From positions 109,554,001 to 109,618,000 of the forward strand of contig OZ024742.1 in the NCBI GenBank assembly GCA_964016885.1: 64,000 nucleotides of DNA. Reading direction: 5' to 3'. The position numbers and the translations under genes were made by a program. This document shows, piece by piece, positions 12,375 to 26,926 of this stretch (the stretch's first letter is position 1; each line of letters starts with the position of its first letter). Under the pieces are notes generated by a model. That model did not search any database, had not been told where the DNA came from, and was given only the letters and a program-made list of their open reading frames with translations. The DNA is from Eledone cirrhosa (Eukaryota).

Positions 12375-14400
12375 TACCAACTTATTCCTGTGAGGATCGT
12401 GGACGCAAAGTCTTCAAACCTCCAGTGGGTTGTATCAGAAGTAAACGTCTTCAATTGATCCGACTGGATCCCCAAACGAGACCAGCCAAGCTCATGGATG
12501 TTATCCAACCATTTTGCTCGTGGTCTTCTCCTGGGGCTCCTGCCAGTTGGTTTTGTCTGTAAAAATCTGTCCAGCCATTCTTTTCTGAGAAATTCCAACC
12601 ACATTCCCATAGTATCGGAGCTGTGATCTCTCAATTCGAGAAGTAGAGGCTCTGCCTGGAGCGACTCTCTGGTCTTCGAACGAGTACGCACTCTATCAAG
12701 TAACGTTACTCCAAAGACTCTTCGGAGGAACCCCATTTCGGCCGCTTATATTCGCGGTCGTATTATTTTGGTCATTATCCCAGATTAATAAACATAGGTA
12801 TTGGTTGACACGAGAACCGAATTGAAGATAGTGGATTTGGTGTTTACACCTACCTCTCTTTTTCTGATGGCCGAATGCTGAAGGTGGCGCATTACTGCAC
12901 CAGCTCCAGCAATTCTTTCACTTAATTTAGTCTCCTGCCTTCTATCACTAGTAACGCAGACCCGAGATACCTGCTTCTGTGGAACTCCACTCACATGTAG
13001 TGTGCAGTGCGTGGGCTTTCTTGAGGGAGGAGTGTCTCAGTCTTTACAGCAATGATTTTTTATTCCTGCCATGCAGCACTCGGCATCAAACCTATCAAGT
13101 GCATGTCGGAGATCACCTTCTGACGAGTTAAGTAATATTATATCGTCTACAAATTCTAGCTGACCGATCCTACATCCGTATGTTTTGATTCCAATTCCAG
13201 CCAGACTGGGCATGTCAGTCTTGTCCATAAAGATTATATTCAGGAGACACCCACATGGAATGGTTTCGACTTAACACTATTTATCCGAAAACAAATATTA
13301 AGGCATTCGTATAAAGATATCAGAAACAGTTCATTGATCTCTTACTCATTCAGGAAATTCCACAACAGGTTCCGTAGAACGCCGTAATATACCTTTTCGA
13401 GGTCTAAGAAACAAGCATACACATCTTGGCAATACTCCCATGATTTCTCAATGATCTGCCGCAAGTGAATATTTGGTCAACTGTACTGCTTCCGGGCGAT
13501 AATTACACTGTTCGTCAGCTAAACTGGACTTGACAATATACCTATATCGCTTTGCCAGACACTTAGTATAGACCTTACCGAGGAGGTTTAACAAGGAGAT
13601 GCCTTGGAACAATCTCTCTTGTCTCTCTTTTTGAAAATTGGAATTATCACTCCCGATTTCTATTGCTTAGGTGTCTGTCCAGAAATCCAGGCCACCCATC
13701 ACACACGAGTCAGCCAGAGAATACTTTCTCTATTTAAAACATGTAAAATCTCAGGTCAAATGTCATCCCTTCCTCTGGCCATATCACATTTGAGCACTTT
13801 AATTGTTCTTGTGACCCCAGCCTCAGAGAGGTTTGTCGTTGCTCCCAGATGCACGTTATGTACATCAGATGTGACCTTTCTAAATAGAAACATCCAATAA
13901 AAATTGAAGAGATCAGAGACAATAACAAAGTCAATTATTGGTCTCTGTCTCCGATTCCTCTTACACCATGTGTATTTATGGATGTCTTCATTCGTATTTA
14001 GATCAAAATTGCCTTTGTGTGCCAACATGTGCATCGAAGTCTCCCACTTGGTTATATGACTCAGTGTTAATTACATCTAACGCTGCAGTGACTTCATGAA
14101 AAGAAGGATATGTATTTGAACTCTCTATTTGTCTATAAAGTTGTTCGCCCACAGAGACCTTTCTTTAAGCCTTATCTTCAAGAGGCAAATCTTCCCTTCC
14201 GATGGGATCCAGTCCATAATGCATTTTGACATCAGGGAGCTTGTGAGTATCCCCACTCTCACCTGCGCAATCTTTTCTGAATAGTGGAGTTTCCATCCTC
14301 CATCCAAGTGTACAAGAGCCACGGTAGCATGTGGCCTCCTCCACAAGTTCCTGCTCTTAACCATCAACATAAAGCCCATCCACCTCCTGGTCGAACGCAG
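12375..14400 (-). pseudogene. Decayed, internally deleted RTE-clade LINE (APE endonuclease and RT remnants)
   Basis: Minus-strand fragments GGWKLHYS..VGILTS, HKYTW..IIDFVIVSD, YACFLDLEK, LEFVDDIILL, MGFLRRVFGVTLLDRVR..RPRAKWLD, with many frameshifts. Confidence 0.85.
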
Positions 14401-14469
14401 CCGGTTTTTTTCCATAGAAAGAAAAATATATCAGTGAGGAGAGAAAGAAATATGAAAGAATCTATCCAA

Positions 14470-14565
14470 CTACTGGACTTGTACTTTATTTATCGACCTC
14501 GAAAGGGTGAAAAAGAAAGTTGACCTCGAAGGGATTTGAGCTCAGATCCTTGCGTGCCGGAATAA
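14470..14565 (-). mobile_element. Diverged SINE family 1 fragment
   Basis: gtactttatttatcgacctcgaaagggtgaaa..aaagttgacctc..ggatttgagctcaga. Confidence 0.7.
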
Positions 14566-14606
14566 ATTCCCGCGAATGACCAGGTTCGTGATTTGTCGGT
14601 GTCGAA

Positions 14607-14657
<51 letters not shown>

Positions 14658-14660
<3 letters not shown>

Positions 14661-14879
14661 TTATTAAAATAACAGATTAAAGTTTAAGCAAAGAATCGCT
14701 GCTTTCACCCTTAACTGGATCTTCCGAAACTCCCGTTAAGGGTGAAAGCAGCGATTCTTTGCTTAAACTTTAATCTGTTATTTTAATAAATATTTGCTCT
14801 ACGGTTCTTATATATTTGATATATATTTATCCTTATCGAGCCCTCTTTGGATTTTAGTCTTCAAATTTATTATTATTAC

Positions 14880-14881
<2 letters not shown>
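14658..14881. mobile_element. Inverted-repeat module (family C) in (TA)n, putative Penelope-like terminus
   Basis: 58-bp IR at 14658-14715 and 14735-14792 plus tail. Relatives at ~15531-15590, ~19229-19343 and ~60907-61020. Confidence 0.65.
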
Positions 14882-14911
<30 letters not shown>

Positions 14912-14958
14912 AATATATATATACATGTATCCTTCGACACCGACAAATCACGAACCTG

Positions 14959-14994
<36 letters not shown>

Positions 14995-15488
14995 TACATT
15001 CATATACATATATATGTGTGTTTGTGTTCAAAAACTCATTTTGAAACTAAATTCTTACCCTGTGCTTTAACGACTCTGCCAACTCGCTGCCACAAAACAA
15101 ACACAACTAAAATAAAATAATAGCAACATAATATTTAAATTTCTAGAGCGAATGAGCGAGATAAATATAGGATGTCAGTGATACAATCTCTGCTCTGAAT
15201 ATATTTATTGTCATCTAACGCTTGTAATGTAGCGGAAATAAGTGAAGCAGACGAAATATAAAAAAAATCTTATGAATAATGAATGCACCAATAAAGTTGA
15301 AGTCAAAATTATCTTTGATTTCAAAAATAGAACTTTCCCAACAGCCAAACTAGACTCTACAAAAGACAAATAGAGTTTATTATAAAATTTCCTAAAAATT
15401 GATATCACTGATATAAACAGCTAAATGTATATATATATATATGTGTGTGTGTATGTGTGTATGTATGTGTGTATGTAAGTATATATAT

Positions 15489-15519
<31 letters not shown>

Positions 15520-15622
15520 CATATATAAATTATTAATTATTAGCACAGATTTAAAATTTAAGCCAAATATTTCTGCTTTCACTCTAAAACTTGTGAAACA
15601 ATGTGTGTGTGAGTGCGCGTGT

Positions 15623-15668
<46 letters not shown>

Positions 15669-16089
15669 ATGTATACGTTTTTGTAAACAAACCATCAGAG
15701 CGTCGAGTGAGTTGAAATTCTTAGGAAAATTCTCGAACGCAGAAAATAACTCTGAATACAGTCTATTTCTATAAATAATAGCTATTATTTATAGATACGG
15801 TGGGAAGAGCAGATTAGAGGAGGAGGGGCGAAATATAAGGGGGTAGAAATATACCACTGTCCCCTCTGGAAGCGCGTGTTTGGGGTACGGTGCAGGAAGC
15901 GATATATATCGTCGAAACGGCTTGAGCTCTGCCGTCGGGGTCCTGAACCTATTGCTATATATATATATATATTATATATATGTGTGTGTATGTGTGTGTG
16001 TGTGCAAAAAGTAAACGGAAACTGCAAATCAAACAACACAGTACAATGAAGAAATATTTTAGTTTAACACTTGATATAGTAGAAAAAGA

Positions 16090-16127
<38 letters not shown>

Positions 16128-16132
16128 AGAGG

Positions 16133-16222
<90 letters not shown>

Positions 16223-16518
16223 GTCACAAAAAAATACAAATGTGCAAAAGAATATAATAAGGCTATGTTATCATAATGTTTGATAAAGTTTGAAAAGAAT
16301 GCTAACGTTTCGGACACTAGTCCTTCATTGTAGATACCTAGGAGTGGATGTTTGGGAGATACAGGGAAAAGGATGACAAAAGAGAGTAGAGAACAGAAAT
16401 GAAGAAAAAATAAAGAGATGAGAAATCACGCGGTGCTTCTTGACAAATGCATACACATATACATGCACACATACACACATATATATCTATATATATCTGC
16501 GTGTGGGGGGTGGATGTG

Positions 16519-17364
<846 letters not shown>

Positions 17365-17610
17365 CAATCTACATTTGTTCTGGTGTACTGTATGCATTCT
17401 GAATAGAAGTCTAATTGTTCTGTTGTTAAATAACCTGGACAATATGGATTTTAAATGTATGGCTTTCCATTTGTTTATAGACATAAACATTCAATTCCAG
17501 TACTTCCTTCATTATTCTAAATAACCTTATTGATCAGTAATGGATTAACTCTTCAGTCCATCTCATATATATATAATCTATACACCCGTGCATCCTACAT
17601 ACACACAAAT

Positions 17611-17653
<43 letters not shown>

Positions 17654-17674
17654 TACCCACACACATACACACAT

Positions 17675-17721
<47 letters not shown>

Positions 17722-17876
17722 CGATGTGTGTGTGTGTGTGTCGGTGTGTGTGTGTATGTGTATATCAGAATGGAGGCGGTAAAAACCAGTTAAACCATTA
17801 CTCATCAGATTACATGATACTTGGGGTAGTTAAGTGGGTAATATAAATTTTTCATATATATATATATATATATATG

Positions 17877-17954
<78 letters not shown>

Positions 17955-18193
17955 CATATATTTATATATATATATATATATACATGTGTGTGTATGTGTG
18001 TGTTGATAGGCTGGTAAGTAGGTAGGTAGGCAGGTGTGCAGATATTTTTTCCTGTATATGTTATGTCTGCCTATCTCTTTATGTTTCTCGGCCTTCATAC
18101 CTATGTATCTCTTAATAGATTTATTCTCTCAGTCTACATACACACACGCACATAGACCCTCACGCACACACACGTGCACACACATACACACGT

Positions 18194-18297
<104 letters not shown>

Positions 18298-18429
18298 GTG
18301 TGTATATTATATATATACGTATATTGTTTTGCCTGCGTGTGTATGTGCATGTATGTCTATCTGTATATCTATCTATTCATCTAATTATCTGTGTATATAT
18401 TATTGTCTACCTCACTATTCAATTACTGA

Positions 18430-18505
<76 letters not shown>

Positions 18506-18773
18506 TAACTATGTTTACTATTCTTTCTCTCTAAACCGGAAGCTCTAATTACACCTGCTACTGCTGCTGAAGCCTTGTGTAGCCGATCAGCTGATTGCTG
18601 TTTTGTCTTCTGTTGACAATACCAAGTGTGGTGCACATTGCTGTATTCTATACAATGTATTCGTGATGAAGAGTGCATCACTTCATTGTAAACGATGCAC
18701 TCTTCTCACTGAATAATGGAACAGATGGATAGCAACAACAACTACAGCCAATATAACCACACGCACCACCACC

Positions 18774-18805
<32 letters not shown>

Positions 18806-18923
18806 CAACAACACCAACAAAGGAGATATGTATAAACACGCAACAACAAAACCTCTTATGGCTAACATACATTCAATGAATTCGACGTCGAGTGCTGTGT
18901 TAACACTTTAGTGAGAATGCCAT

Positions 18924-19076
<153 letters not shown>

Positions 19077-19145
19077 CGATGAGAAGGTTTTAAATAAAGC
19101 ATATAACAGTAATAAGCGATATACTGGGATTTTAAAATACACAAG

Positions 19146-19235
<90 letters not shown>

Positions 19236-19666
19236 TAAAATCACAGATTAAAGTTTAAGCATATATATTTATATATATTTGATATATATTTATCCTTATC
19301 GAGCCCTCTTTGGATTTTAGTCTTCAAATTTATTATTATTACTATATATATATATATACATTGTTATACTTGGGGAGGGTCATATTTGTGTAATATTGCC
19401 AGAATTAATAACAGAACACACTCACTGTTTGGTTGGTTTTCGCTTCTCGCTGTCTTTTATATCTGTAATCTAGCTTACTCGGTCCTCAATGTTGCCATTG
19501 ACTGACCGACGGTCAAAAATAATACAGATACAATATAGACACAAACACATATATATAGTTTACATAATTTACATAAATCTTTCGTTGCACATCTGCAACA
19601 TCGTCGGTGGTGTTATATTTTCCTCCTGTTGTGTTGTATGTCTACGCCATTTTTTATATATATATA

Positions 19667-21023
19667 TAGGGTGACTCAAAAAACACTGGCACCATTTTTG
19701 TCTTTGTCTTCATCATTCAATCTTTGACAAAACTGATGAAGCTCCGTATATATTTAGTTCAAACCATTACAAGCAACAGTTCAATTTTTTAAAATCACAA
19801 TGTTCGATATATCTGTTCAGAGATACACCATATATTCCAAGTGACCCTTATTTGAATCGAAGCATTTATCGAAGCATTTATTGAGGCATTTATTGGTAAA
19901 GTTTAAAATAACGTCTTTACAAACAGATCTAGTGATAGCTCTGATCTCCTCCCTGAGGTTTTCCTTTAGTTCATTGATCGTCCTGGTTTTGTTGAAATAT
20001 ATTCTATTCTTCAGATAGCTCCAAAGAAAAAATCTGTGTGGCTTAAATCATGGCTGCGTGGGGACCACTCAAGATGAGTCTTCAAATTGATCACGCGATT
20101 TCCAAAGTTATTTTTCAGTCACTCTCGTGACTCATTGGAGGTGGGAGGGCTTGATCCGTGTTGTTGGGACCAAAACTTATTGTATATGGGCACGTGGTCT
20201 GTAGCTCCTTTTTGAAGTATTCCAGGACTTCCACATGGCATTTCTTTGTGACTGTAGCAGTGGTACAATTTTGTTTGAAAAAAGCATGGGCCAATCAATC
20301 CTCTCTCATAAATGACAGCCCATACTGTACATTAGCTGAGTGGAGAGGTTCTCCAGCCACTTCAGTTAATTCCTCTGAGCTACAGAATACATTGTTCTTA
20401 AAGTTTATCTTTCCTTCTAAGTGAAGGTGGGCTTCATCAGAGGTCCACAGCTGTTTCTGACAGATTTTAACATCTTCTCCAGCATTTGTTCACCCATAGA
20501 CATTGTCTTGGTCTTAGCTACAGTTATCTTTTGTTTAGCCTGTATTCTGTGAGGATACTTCTTAAGATTCTCTTTACCAACCCTTCTGCAAGTTTCTATG
20601 GAGAAACCCAAGAACTGGCTTCTGCGCAGCGATCGTTTTGAGTTCTGTTCAACAGACTCTCGGACCATCTCAATAACTTCTTGTGTACGCTTTCTGGGTC
20701 GTCTAAAGTGGTTAGGTCGTTAGTCAAACATTATATTGAGGTTCTCCACTGATCCATAGGTCTCAAACTTCTTCACCCAGTATTGTATATTGCCTTTGAA
20801 GGGAGATTTGTCCGTTCCAAAAATGCATAAAATTTCTCTTAGACATGCTTATACAAGTCACACTTATAGAGTGCTTCACACAGAAAGTCCCGTGCTGGAA
20901 CTCCCATTGGGTCTTATTGCCTTCTCAGACGTTGTATCTGCTATGTCTTGAAATTTATGGTTGATAGGTTAGAAAATGAATATGCACTGACACAAAGTGC
21001 GCGGGGCATTTTTTTTCACCTTG
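19667..21023 (-). mobile_element. Decayed Tc1/mariner-superfamily DNA transposon (~1.36 kb)
   Basis: Minus strand LWTSDEAHLHLEG and EWSPRSHDLSHTDFF (compare WPPRSPDLNPLDFFLW). Degenerate TIRs tagggtgactcaaaaaac / ttttttcaccttg with TA flanks. Confidence 0.85.
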
Positions 21024-21039
21024 TATATATATATATATA

Positions 21040-21849
21040 TCTAATATATATTTGTGAAATGGGCGGTGGTTGAAATTCAGATGTGCACGGTTAAATGGTA
21101 GTAGACGTGGTCGGACTGACATGAAAATTTACACACCTATGTAAAAAGTGCCAAGGAAGCAAATAGATGAGGTTTCAAATCTCTAACTTGAAAAATGTGG
21201 TCCCTGGGGCTCAAAACTATCGCGTTCGGTGAGTTATTTCCCCCTGTTCTAATACTTTTGTCTTATTTACAATTTCATACAAATTTTTAAACTCACCAAC
21301 GTTCTTTCGCTGTTAACATACAGTACCATTAATTTGAAAAATATTATTGAAAGTTTATTATAAAGAAGCAGTTTCAGGAAAAAGTGTAAACTATCATACA
21401 AACCTTCATAATATGCATTTTTAAACTTGCATATCATCGACATTGCTATTTCGCTGTTAATAAACTATCATCCTTCTACATTTAACGATCATACAGTACC
21501 GTTTTATGAAATCGATTCTGCAGTACGGTCACTGTTTTCCATCGAAAGAAATAAAACCCTTAAATTGCGAAGAAGGGACGCGTGTTTTTATTTTAATTCT
21601 AATACATGTTAACCACCACTAACAGTAAGTAGTATTTTTCAAATTGCATATCATCGACATTGCTATTTCGCTGTTAATAAACAACGCTTTTCACGTCGCT
21701 CTACTTCTCGTTGTACGCCGTCCAGCCTCAAGTGCATATTTCTATTTTTTTTCCTGAAACTGCTTTTTTATAATAAACTTTCAATAATATTTTTCAAATT
21801 ATTAACTTAATAAAAAGTGGCCCCGGGTGCAACCGGGCTCAACTGCTAG
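21040..21849 (+). mobile_element. Non-autonomous Helitron (~810 bp)
   Basis: A|TC 5' end, cccgg-gtgcaa-ccggg hairpin at 21822-21837, CTAG|T at 21846-21849, no TSD. Confidence 0.75.
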
Positions 21850-21863
21850 TATATATATATATA

Positions 21864-22039
21864 TAACGAAGTAGTTGTGGTAAAGAACCAGATGGACCAT
21901 AACGCACCAGAGTATTCAATACTTAGGGTAGTAGAGTGGGTAATAGGAGAAAGTATGAACCCGACGGCAGAGCTCAAGCCGTTTCCAGAAATAGCCGTCG
22001 AAACGGCTTGAGCTCTGCCGTCGGGGTCATACTTTCTCC

Positions 22040-22042
<3 letters not shown>
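21864..22042. mobile_element. Penelope-like terminus (family B) with inversion and hammerhead 3' half
   Basis: IR at ~21943-21985 and 22000-22042. GAAA-cggc ttgagctct gccg-TC-ggggt gives stem III and a GUC site. Confidence 0.7.
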
Positions 22043-22071
<29 letters not shown>

Positions 22072-22383
22072 AAGAGAAAGCAATGTGTAAGTGCGTGCGC
22101 GCGTGTGTGTGTGTGTGCGAGTTAGTGTGTGTGAACAAAATGTCAGGCGAAAATGCCTGAGAAGAACGCCCTGCGATAAATATATATTTACAAATAGCGT
22201 CTCGCTGTCTAAATCAGGTGAGTGGTGATGAAAAACTCCTATCTTCGCAATTTCAAGACTCTTGAAGAGGTTAAACAACAACTACAACATCATCACTTAA
22301 GAAGTTGCTTTGTTTTAAAGGATACATTAAATATACTGTGTCTGAATAAAAGGCGAAATGCTGAAGACTTTTGACTTTGAAAT

Positions 22384-22678
22384 TTACAGCTCACACCTAT
22401 GTGTTTAGTTGGCCTCCTATGAGATTTCATTACGTAGCAGATTTCTCAAGTATTTAAATGACAAAGGTCCCAGTCATATGATGCTATTGTTACAGTTCAC
22501 ACCTATGTAAGTTTCACTGGCATCCTGTAAGATTACATTTCATAGCAGGTTGCTCAGTTGTTTAAATAATAGAGGCACCATTCCTATGATGTTGTTGTTA
22601 CAGTTACCATCTATGTCAGATTAGCTGCCTTCTACGAGGTTTCATCTTATAAGAGATTTCTCGTGTGTTTTAATAATC
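22384..22678. repeat. Degenerate ~107-bp tandem repeat, ~2.7 copies
   Basis: ttacag(c/t)tcacacctatgt at ~22384, ~22490 and ~22598. Confidence 0.7.
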
Positions 22679-23110
22679 CCCCCCCCCCCTCCCTCCCAGT
22701 CTTATGTATTACAAGGCGTCGCCCGGTCATGATGTCAAACCCATGGCGTTACGATCGAGAGTCCAACACCCCAATCACTGGGTCAAGCACAAGAAATGTG
22801 TACAATATTGCACAAGCTTCTATGATCACTGTCGTCAATCTCAGAAATTGTATGTCAACTACTGTAAAGGCCTAGTTGTTAGGTTGTTGTACCCACAGAT
22901 TGGATTCCTGGAAAAATACTATTCTTGGGAAAAATACTATTTTTCACGTTTACCAGGTTTTGTGACCGGCATATATTATCAGCAATGAACAAACGAATGG
23001 AAACACGTTTCCTTTGTCTGATATAACAATTGTCTCCTTTCCTTCATTGCTGCATTCATTTTTGTTTGTTTATTGTTGTTTGATTGTTAATTGTTTGATT
23101 GTTAATTAAT

Positions 23111-23331
23111 GATTTCTAGTATAGGCACAAGGCCAGTAATTTGGAGGAGAGGGGGAAAATCGATTATATTGACCCCAGTACGTTACTGGTGCTTTATTTT
23201 ATCGACCACGTAAGGATGAAAGGCAAAGTTAACCTCGGCGGGATTTGAACTCAGACCGTATTGGACCGTAACTCTATTCTGCAAAGCATGGTGTCCGGTT
23301 CCCTACCGATACCGCTAATCCACCCCCCTTC
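23111..23331 (-). mobile_element. SINE family 1
   Basis: TSD gattgttaattaat at 23097-23110 and 23332-23345. Confidence 0.9.
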
Positions 23332-23346
23332 GATTGTTAATTAATA

Positions 23347-23550
23347 CGGCGGTGGATAGACAGAGCCGTGAGAATGCAGGACAAATGCTTAGTAAATAGT
23401 ATTTGTATCGGCGCTTTACGTTCTGAGATCAAATCTCGCCGAGGACAACTTTATCTTTCATCCTACCGAAGTCGATAAGATAAATCGACTCCTCCTTTCT
23501 CCCACACAAAAAAAAATGTATTTGGTCTTGTGTCTAAATTAGAAATCATT
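23347..23550 (+). mobile_element. Older SINE family 1 relative, head-to-head with the previous copy
   Basis: ggcggtggata..ttctgagatcaaatctcgccgaggacaactttatctttcatcc..gtcgataa. Confidence 0.75.
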
Positions 23551-23793
23551 GTTGTTTGTTTGTGTGTGGTTGTAGTTGCAACTTTTTTTGTAAACGAAGA
23601 GTAATTGATTTTTCTCTTGTCAATATTTACAATCTGTTCAGCTTTTTGTCTTTCATCTGTAAGAGTTCACCAGAGCAATCACACGACATGGACTGGCTGA
23701 GATCTAATCTCCTGCTACACTCCTACTCTTAATATTTAGTAATACAGCATTCTTCGAAATCTTGAAATCATTCTTTACCAGTTGTTGTAGCTA

Positions 23794-24416
23794 TTGTTGA
23801 TGGTGGTGGTGGTAGTAGTGGTGGTGGTGGTGGTGGTGGTGGTGGTGGTGGTGGTGGTGGTGGCGGTGGTGGTAATGGTGGTGGTGGTAATGGTGGTGGT
23901 GGTGGTGGTAGCGGTGGTGGTGGCGATGATGGTGGTGGTGGTGGTGGTGGTAGCGGTGGTGGTGGTGGTGGTGGTGATGGTGGTGGTGGTGGTGGTAGCG
24001 GTGGTGGTGGTGGTAATGGTGGTGGTGGTGATGGTGGTGGTGGTGGTAGCGGTGGTGGTGGTGGTAATGGTGGTGGTGGTGGTGGTAGCGATGGTGGTAA
24101 TGGTGGTGGTGGTGGTGGTGGTAGCGGTGGTGGTGGTGATGATGATGGTGGTGGTTGTGGTGGTGGTAATGGTGATGGTGATGATGGTGGTGGTGGTGGT
24201 GGTGGTGGTGATGGTGGTGGTAATGGTGGTGGTGGTGATGATGGTGGTGGTGGTGATGGTGGTGGTGGTGGTAGTGGTGGTGGTGGTGGTGGTGGTGGTG
24301 ATGGTGGTGTATTTTGTTGTTGTTCTTGATGCATTGTTGTTGATGTTGTTGCTGGTGATATTTTTGTTGATGTTATTGTTGTTGTATTGGTCTTGTTGCG
24401 AAGTTGTTGTTGTTGC
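23794..24416. repeat. (GGT)n-based trinucleotide array
   Basis: Direct reading. Confidence 0.9.
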
Positions 24417-24709
24417 TGACTCGTGATCGAGTTTTTCTTCATCCCTTTAGTTACTACATAATATTATGTACCAGTCATGTACTTGGGTAGATAAGACTGA
24501 CTTATTCCTACCACTGGGATAGAAACAATATGTTCTTTTCTTCTTCGGGATAAAAAGTCAATATTTATAATCCATTGATTGACTATTCCCAGCACGAAAT
24601 CGATACTGATTTATCATTCATCACATGTATCTTTTGTGACATGACATAGATAAATATATGAGAGATTTGATTATCATCTGATGTATCGATGTGTTCATGA
24701 TGTTGATCA

Positions 24710-25018
24710 TGTTGTTGTTGTTGTTGTCGTTGTTGTGGTTGTTGTTGTCGCTGTTGTTGTAGTTGTTGTTGCTGTGGTTGTTGCTGTTGTTGTAGTTGTT
24801 GTTGTTGCGGTTGTTGTTGTTGTTGTCGTCGTCGTCGTTGTTGTTGTTGTTGTTGTCGTTGTCGTCGTTGTTGTTGTTGTGGTGGTGGTGGTGGTTGTTG
24901 TTGTTGTCGTCGTCGTTGTTGTTGTTGTTGTCGTCGTTGCTGTTGTTGTCATTGTTGCCGCTGTCGTTGTTGTTGCTGTCGTTGTTGCCGTCGTCATTGA
25001 TGTTGTTGTCGTTGTCGT

Positions 25019-25049
<31 letters not shown>

Positions 25050-25078
25050 ATTATTGTTGTTGCTGCTGCTACTACTGC
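24710..25078. repeat. (GTT/GTC)n trinucleotide array
   Basis: Direct reading. Confidence 0.9.
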
Positions 25079-25148
25079 AGTTGTCCATACCTGAAAATAA
25101 AAAAAAACATGCTGTTCAGAAACCTTGGAAATATCATCGACAGTGAAA

Positions 25149-25256
<108 letters not shown>

Positions 25257-25296
25257 AGTCCTTTAAATCAGCAATATCAGCAGACAGATTGAAGGT

Positions 25297-25600
25297 GGGT
25301 GTCTTAGTGGTTTGGCTGTTAGGCTCATGATCGTCATGTCCTGTGGTCGCCTTCCAGCGGTACGTTGTGTCCTTGAGCAAGACACTCTATTTCACGTTGC
25401 ACCAGTCCGTTCAGTTGGAAAAAATAGTTACGTTTGTAATTCAAAAGACCACCCATGTCATATGCTGAATCATCCTGAGAACTATGTTCAGAGTACACAT
25501 GTCTATGGTATGCTATGTCGCATGTTAATTTCACGAGCAGGCTGCTCCGTTGTTCGGATAACTTGAGACAGTCGTCGTCGGAAACGATGAAGGTCCAACA
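25297..25600 (+). mobile_element. tRNA-type SINE (family 2)
   Basis: tagtggtt head and gttgtgtccttgagcaagacact..tttcacgttgcaccagt body, homologous to 41393-41830. Confidence 0.7.
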
Positions 25601-26118
25601 ACTACAACAACCACAACTCGGACAAAGTTCTATTTAAAAAAATTAAATCTGAATCTATTCATTTACTCTGTGTGTTATACTGATGAAAGTCAATCGATTG
25701 ATGACTCAATAAATCAATCAAACTATTCAGAATTTCTATAGACGGCTTTAGACACGAATACAAACGTATGCGCACGCACATAACCACTCACATATACCCC
25801 GCCATTTATTTAAAGAAAAATACATTGTTATATTATAGTCGACCATCATATTATTTTAAAACCCACAGTAATATTTAGCGGAACATTCTTATTTTCCTTC
25901 TTGAAAAGGGAAAAAGAAAAACTAAAGTATAATAAAAAAATAAATAAATAAATAAATAAAAGAAAGATCGATAAAATATATTTAAATACATATATTGAAC
26001 TACATGAAAAAACTGATCAACGAGATTTATTGACTATATAAAATAATCACAAAATGTAAATTCGATTTGGAAGTATAGATTTTTGCGAAATAAAAGTAAA
26101 ATCAATCTGTTCTGTATG

Positions 26119-26200
<82 letters not shown>

Positions 26201-26385
26201 GGTGTAACACACGAGTTGTGATATATTAGTAAAAAGGAAAAGAAAATGCTGACAAATTTTTCCCAGTGAAAAATAGTTTAATTAGGAATAAGTATTAGTT
26301 AGTATTCAGTTTTAGTTTTAAGTTTTTACCGGTTGCGCATTTTTAAAGCTTTTCAAAAATAATTTTGAGATAGAGTGTTCGTGAG

Positions 26386-26574
26386 GAAAACCACAGACCC
26401 TCCATCTCAACTCTACTTTTGAAAAGCAGAAGAACTGCGAAACCGGGAAAGGAACCAAATAAATATATATATATATTTTTAAATAAGACTCCAGTTGCAT
26501 TTTCGATTTCATCTTTTTTTCTTTCACTCGTGTAGGACACCGCGGTTATTTTTCATTTTGTAAAAAAAACTCAC

Positions 26575-26581
<7 letters not shown>
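26386..26581 (-). mobile_element. Interspersed repeat abutting (TA)n
   Basis: Reverse-complement match to 56549-56755. Confidence 0.75.
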
Positions 26582-26655
<74 letters not shown>

Positions 26656-26771
26656 TATGTATATAAATCTGTGTTTGTATCTATGTTAGAAACCGACTTT
26701 CTTTCTATTAGCAAACAGTTGTGAAATTATAAACCAGAAGAACATAATACATACAAACATATGTAAGTATG

Positions 26772-26926
<155 letters not shown>

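Noticed and set aside
19362-19600. TGTT...AACA solo-LTR-like segment
   Set aside because: No TSD or PBS/PPT, and relatives in the window do not share the 3' end.
20425-20445. CTGATGA on the minus strand
   Set aside because: These are the codons for SDEA of the mariner transposase and there are no hammerhead stems.
23768-24442. Poly-proline (formin/extensin-like) ORF
   Set aside because: A (GGT)n array with no flanking domain or splice support.
25680-25715. CTGATGA followed by a hairpin; similar lone boxes at ~32991(-), 37131 and 61351
   Set aside because: No correctly placed GAAA, stem III or stem I.
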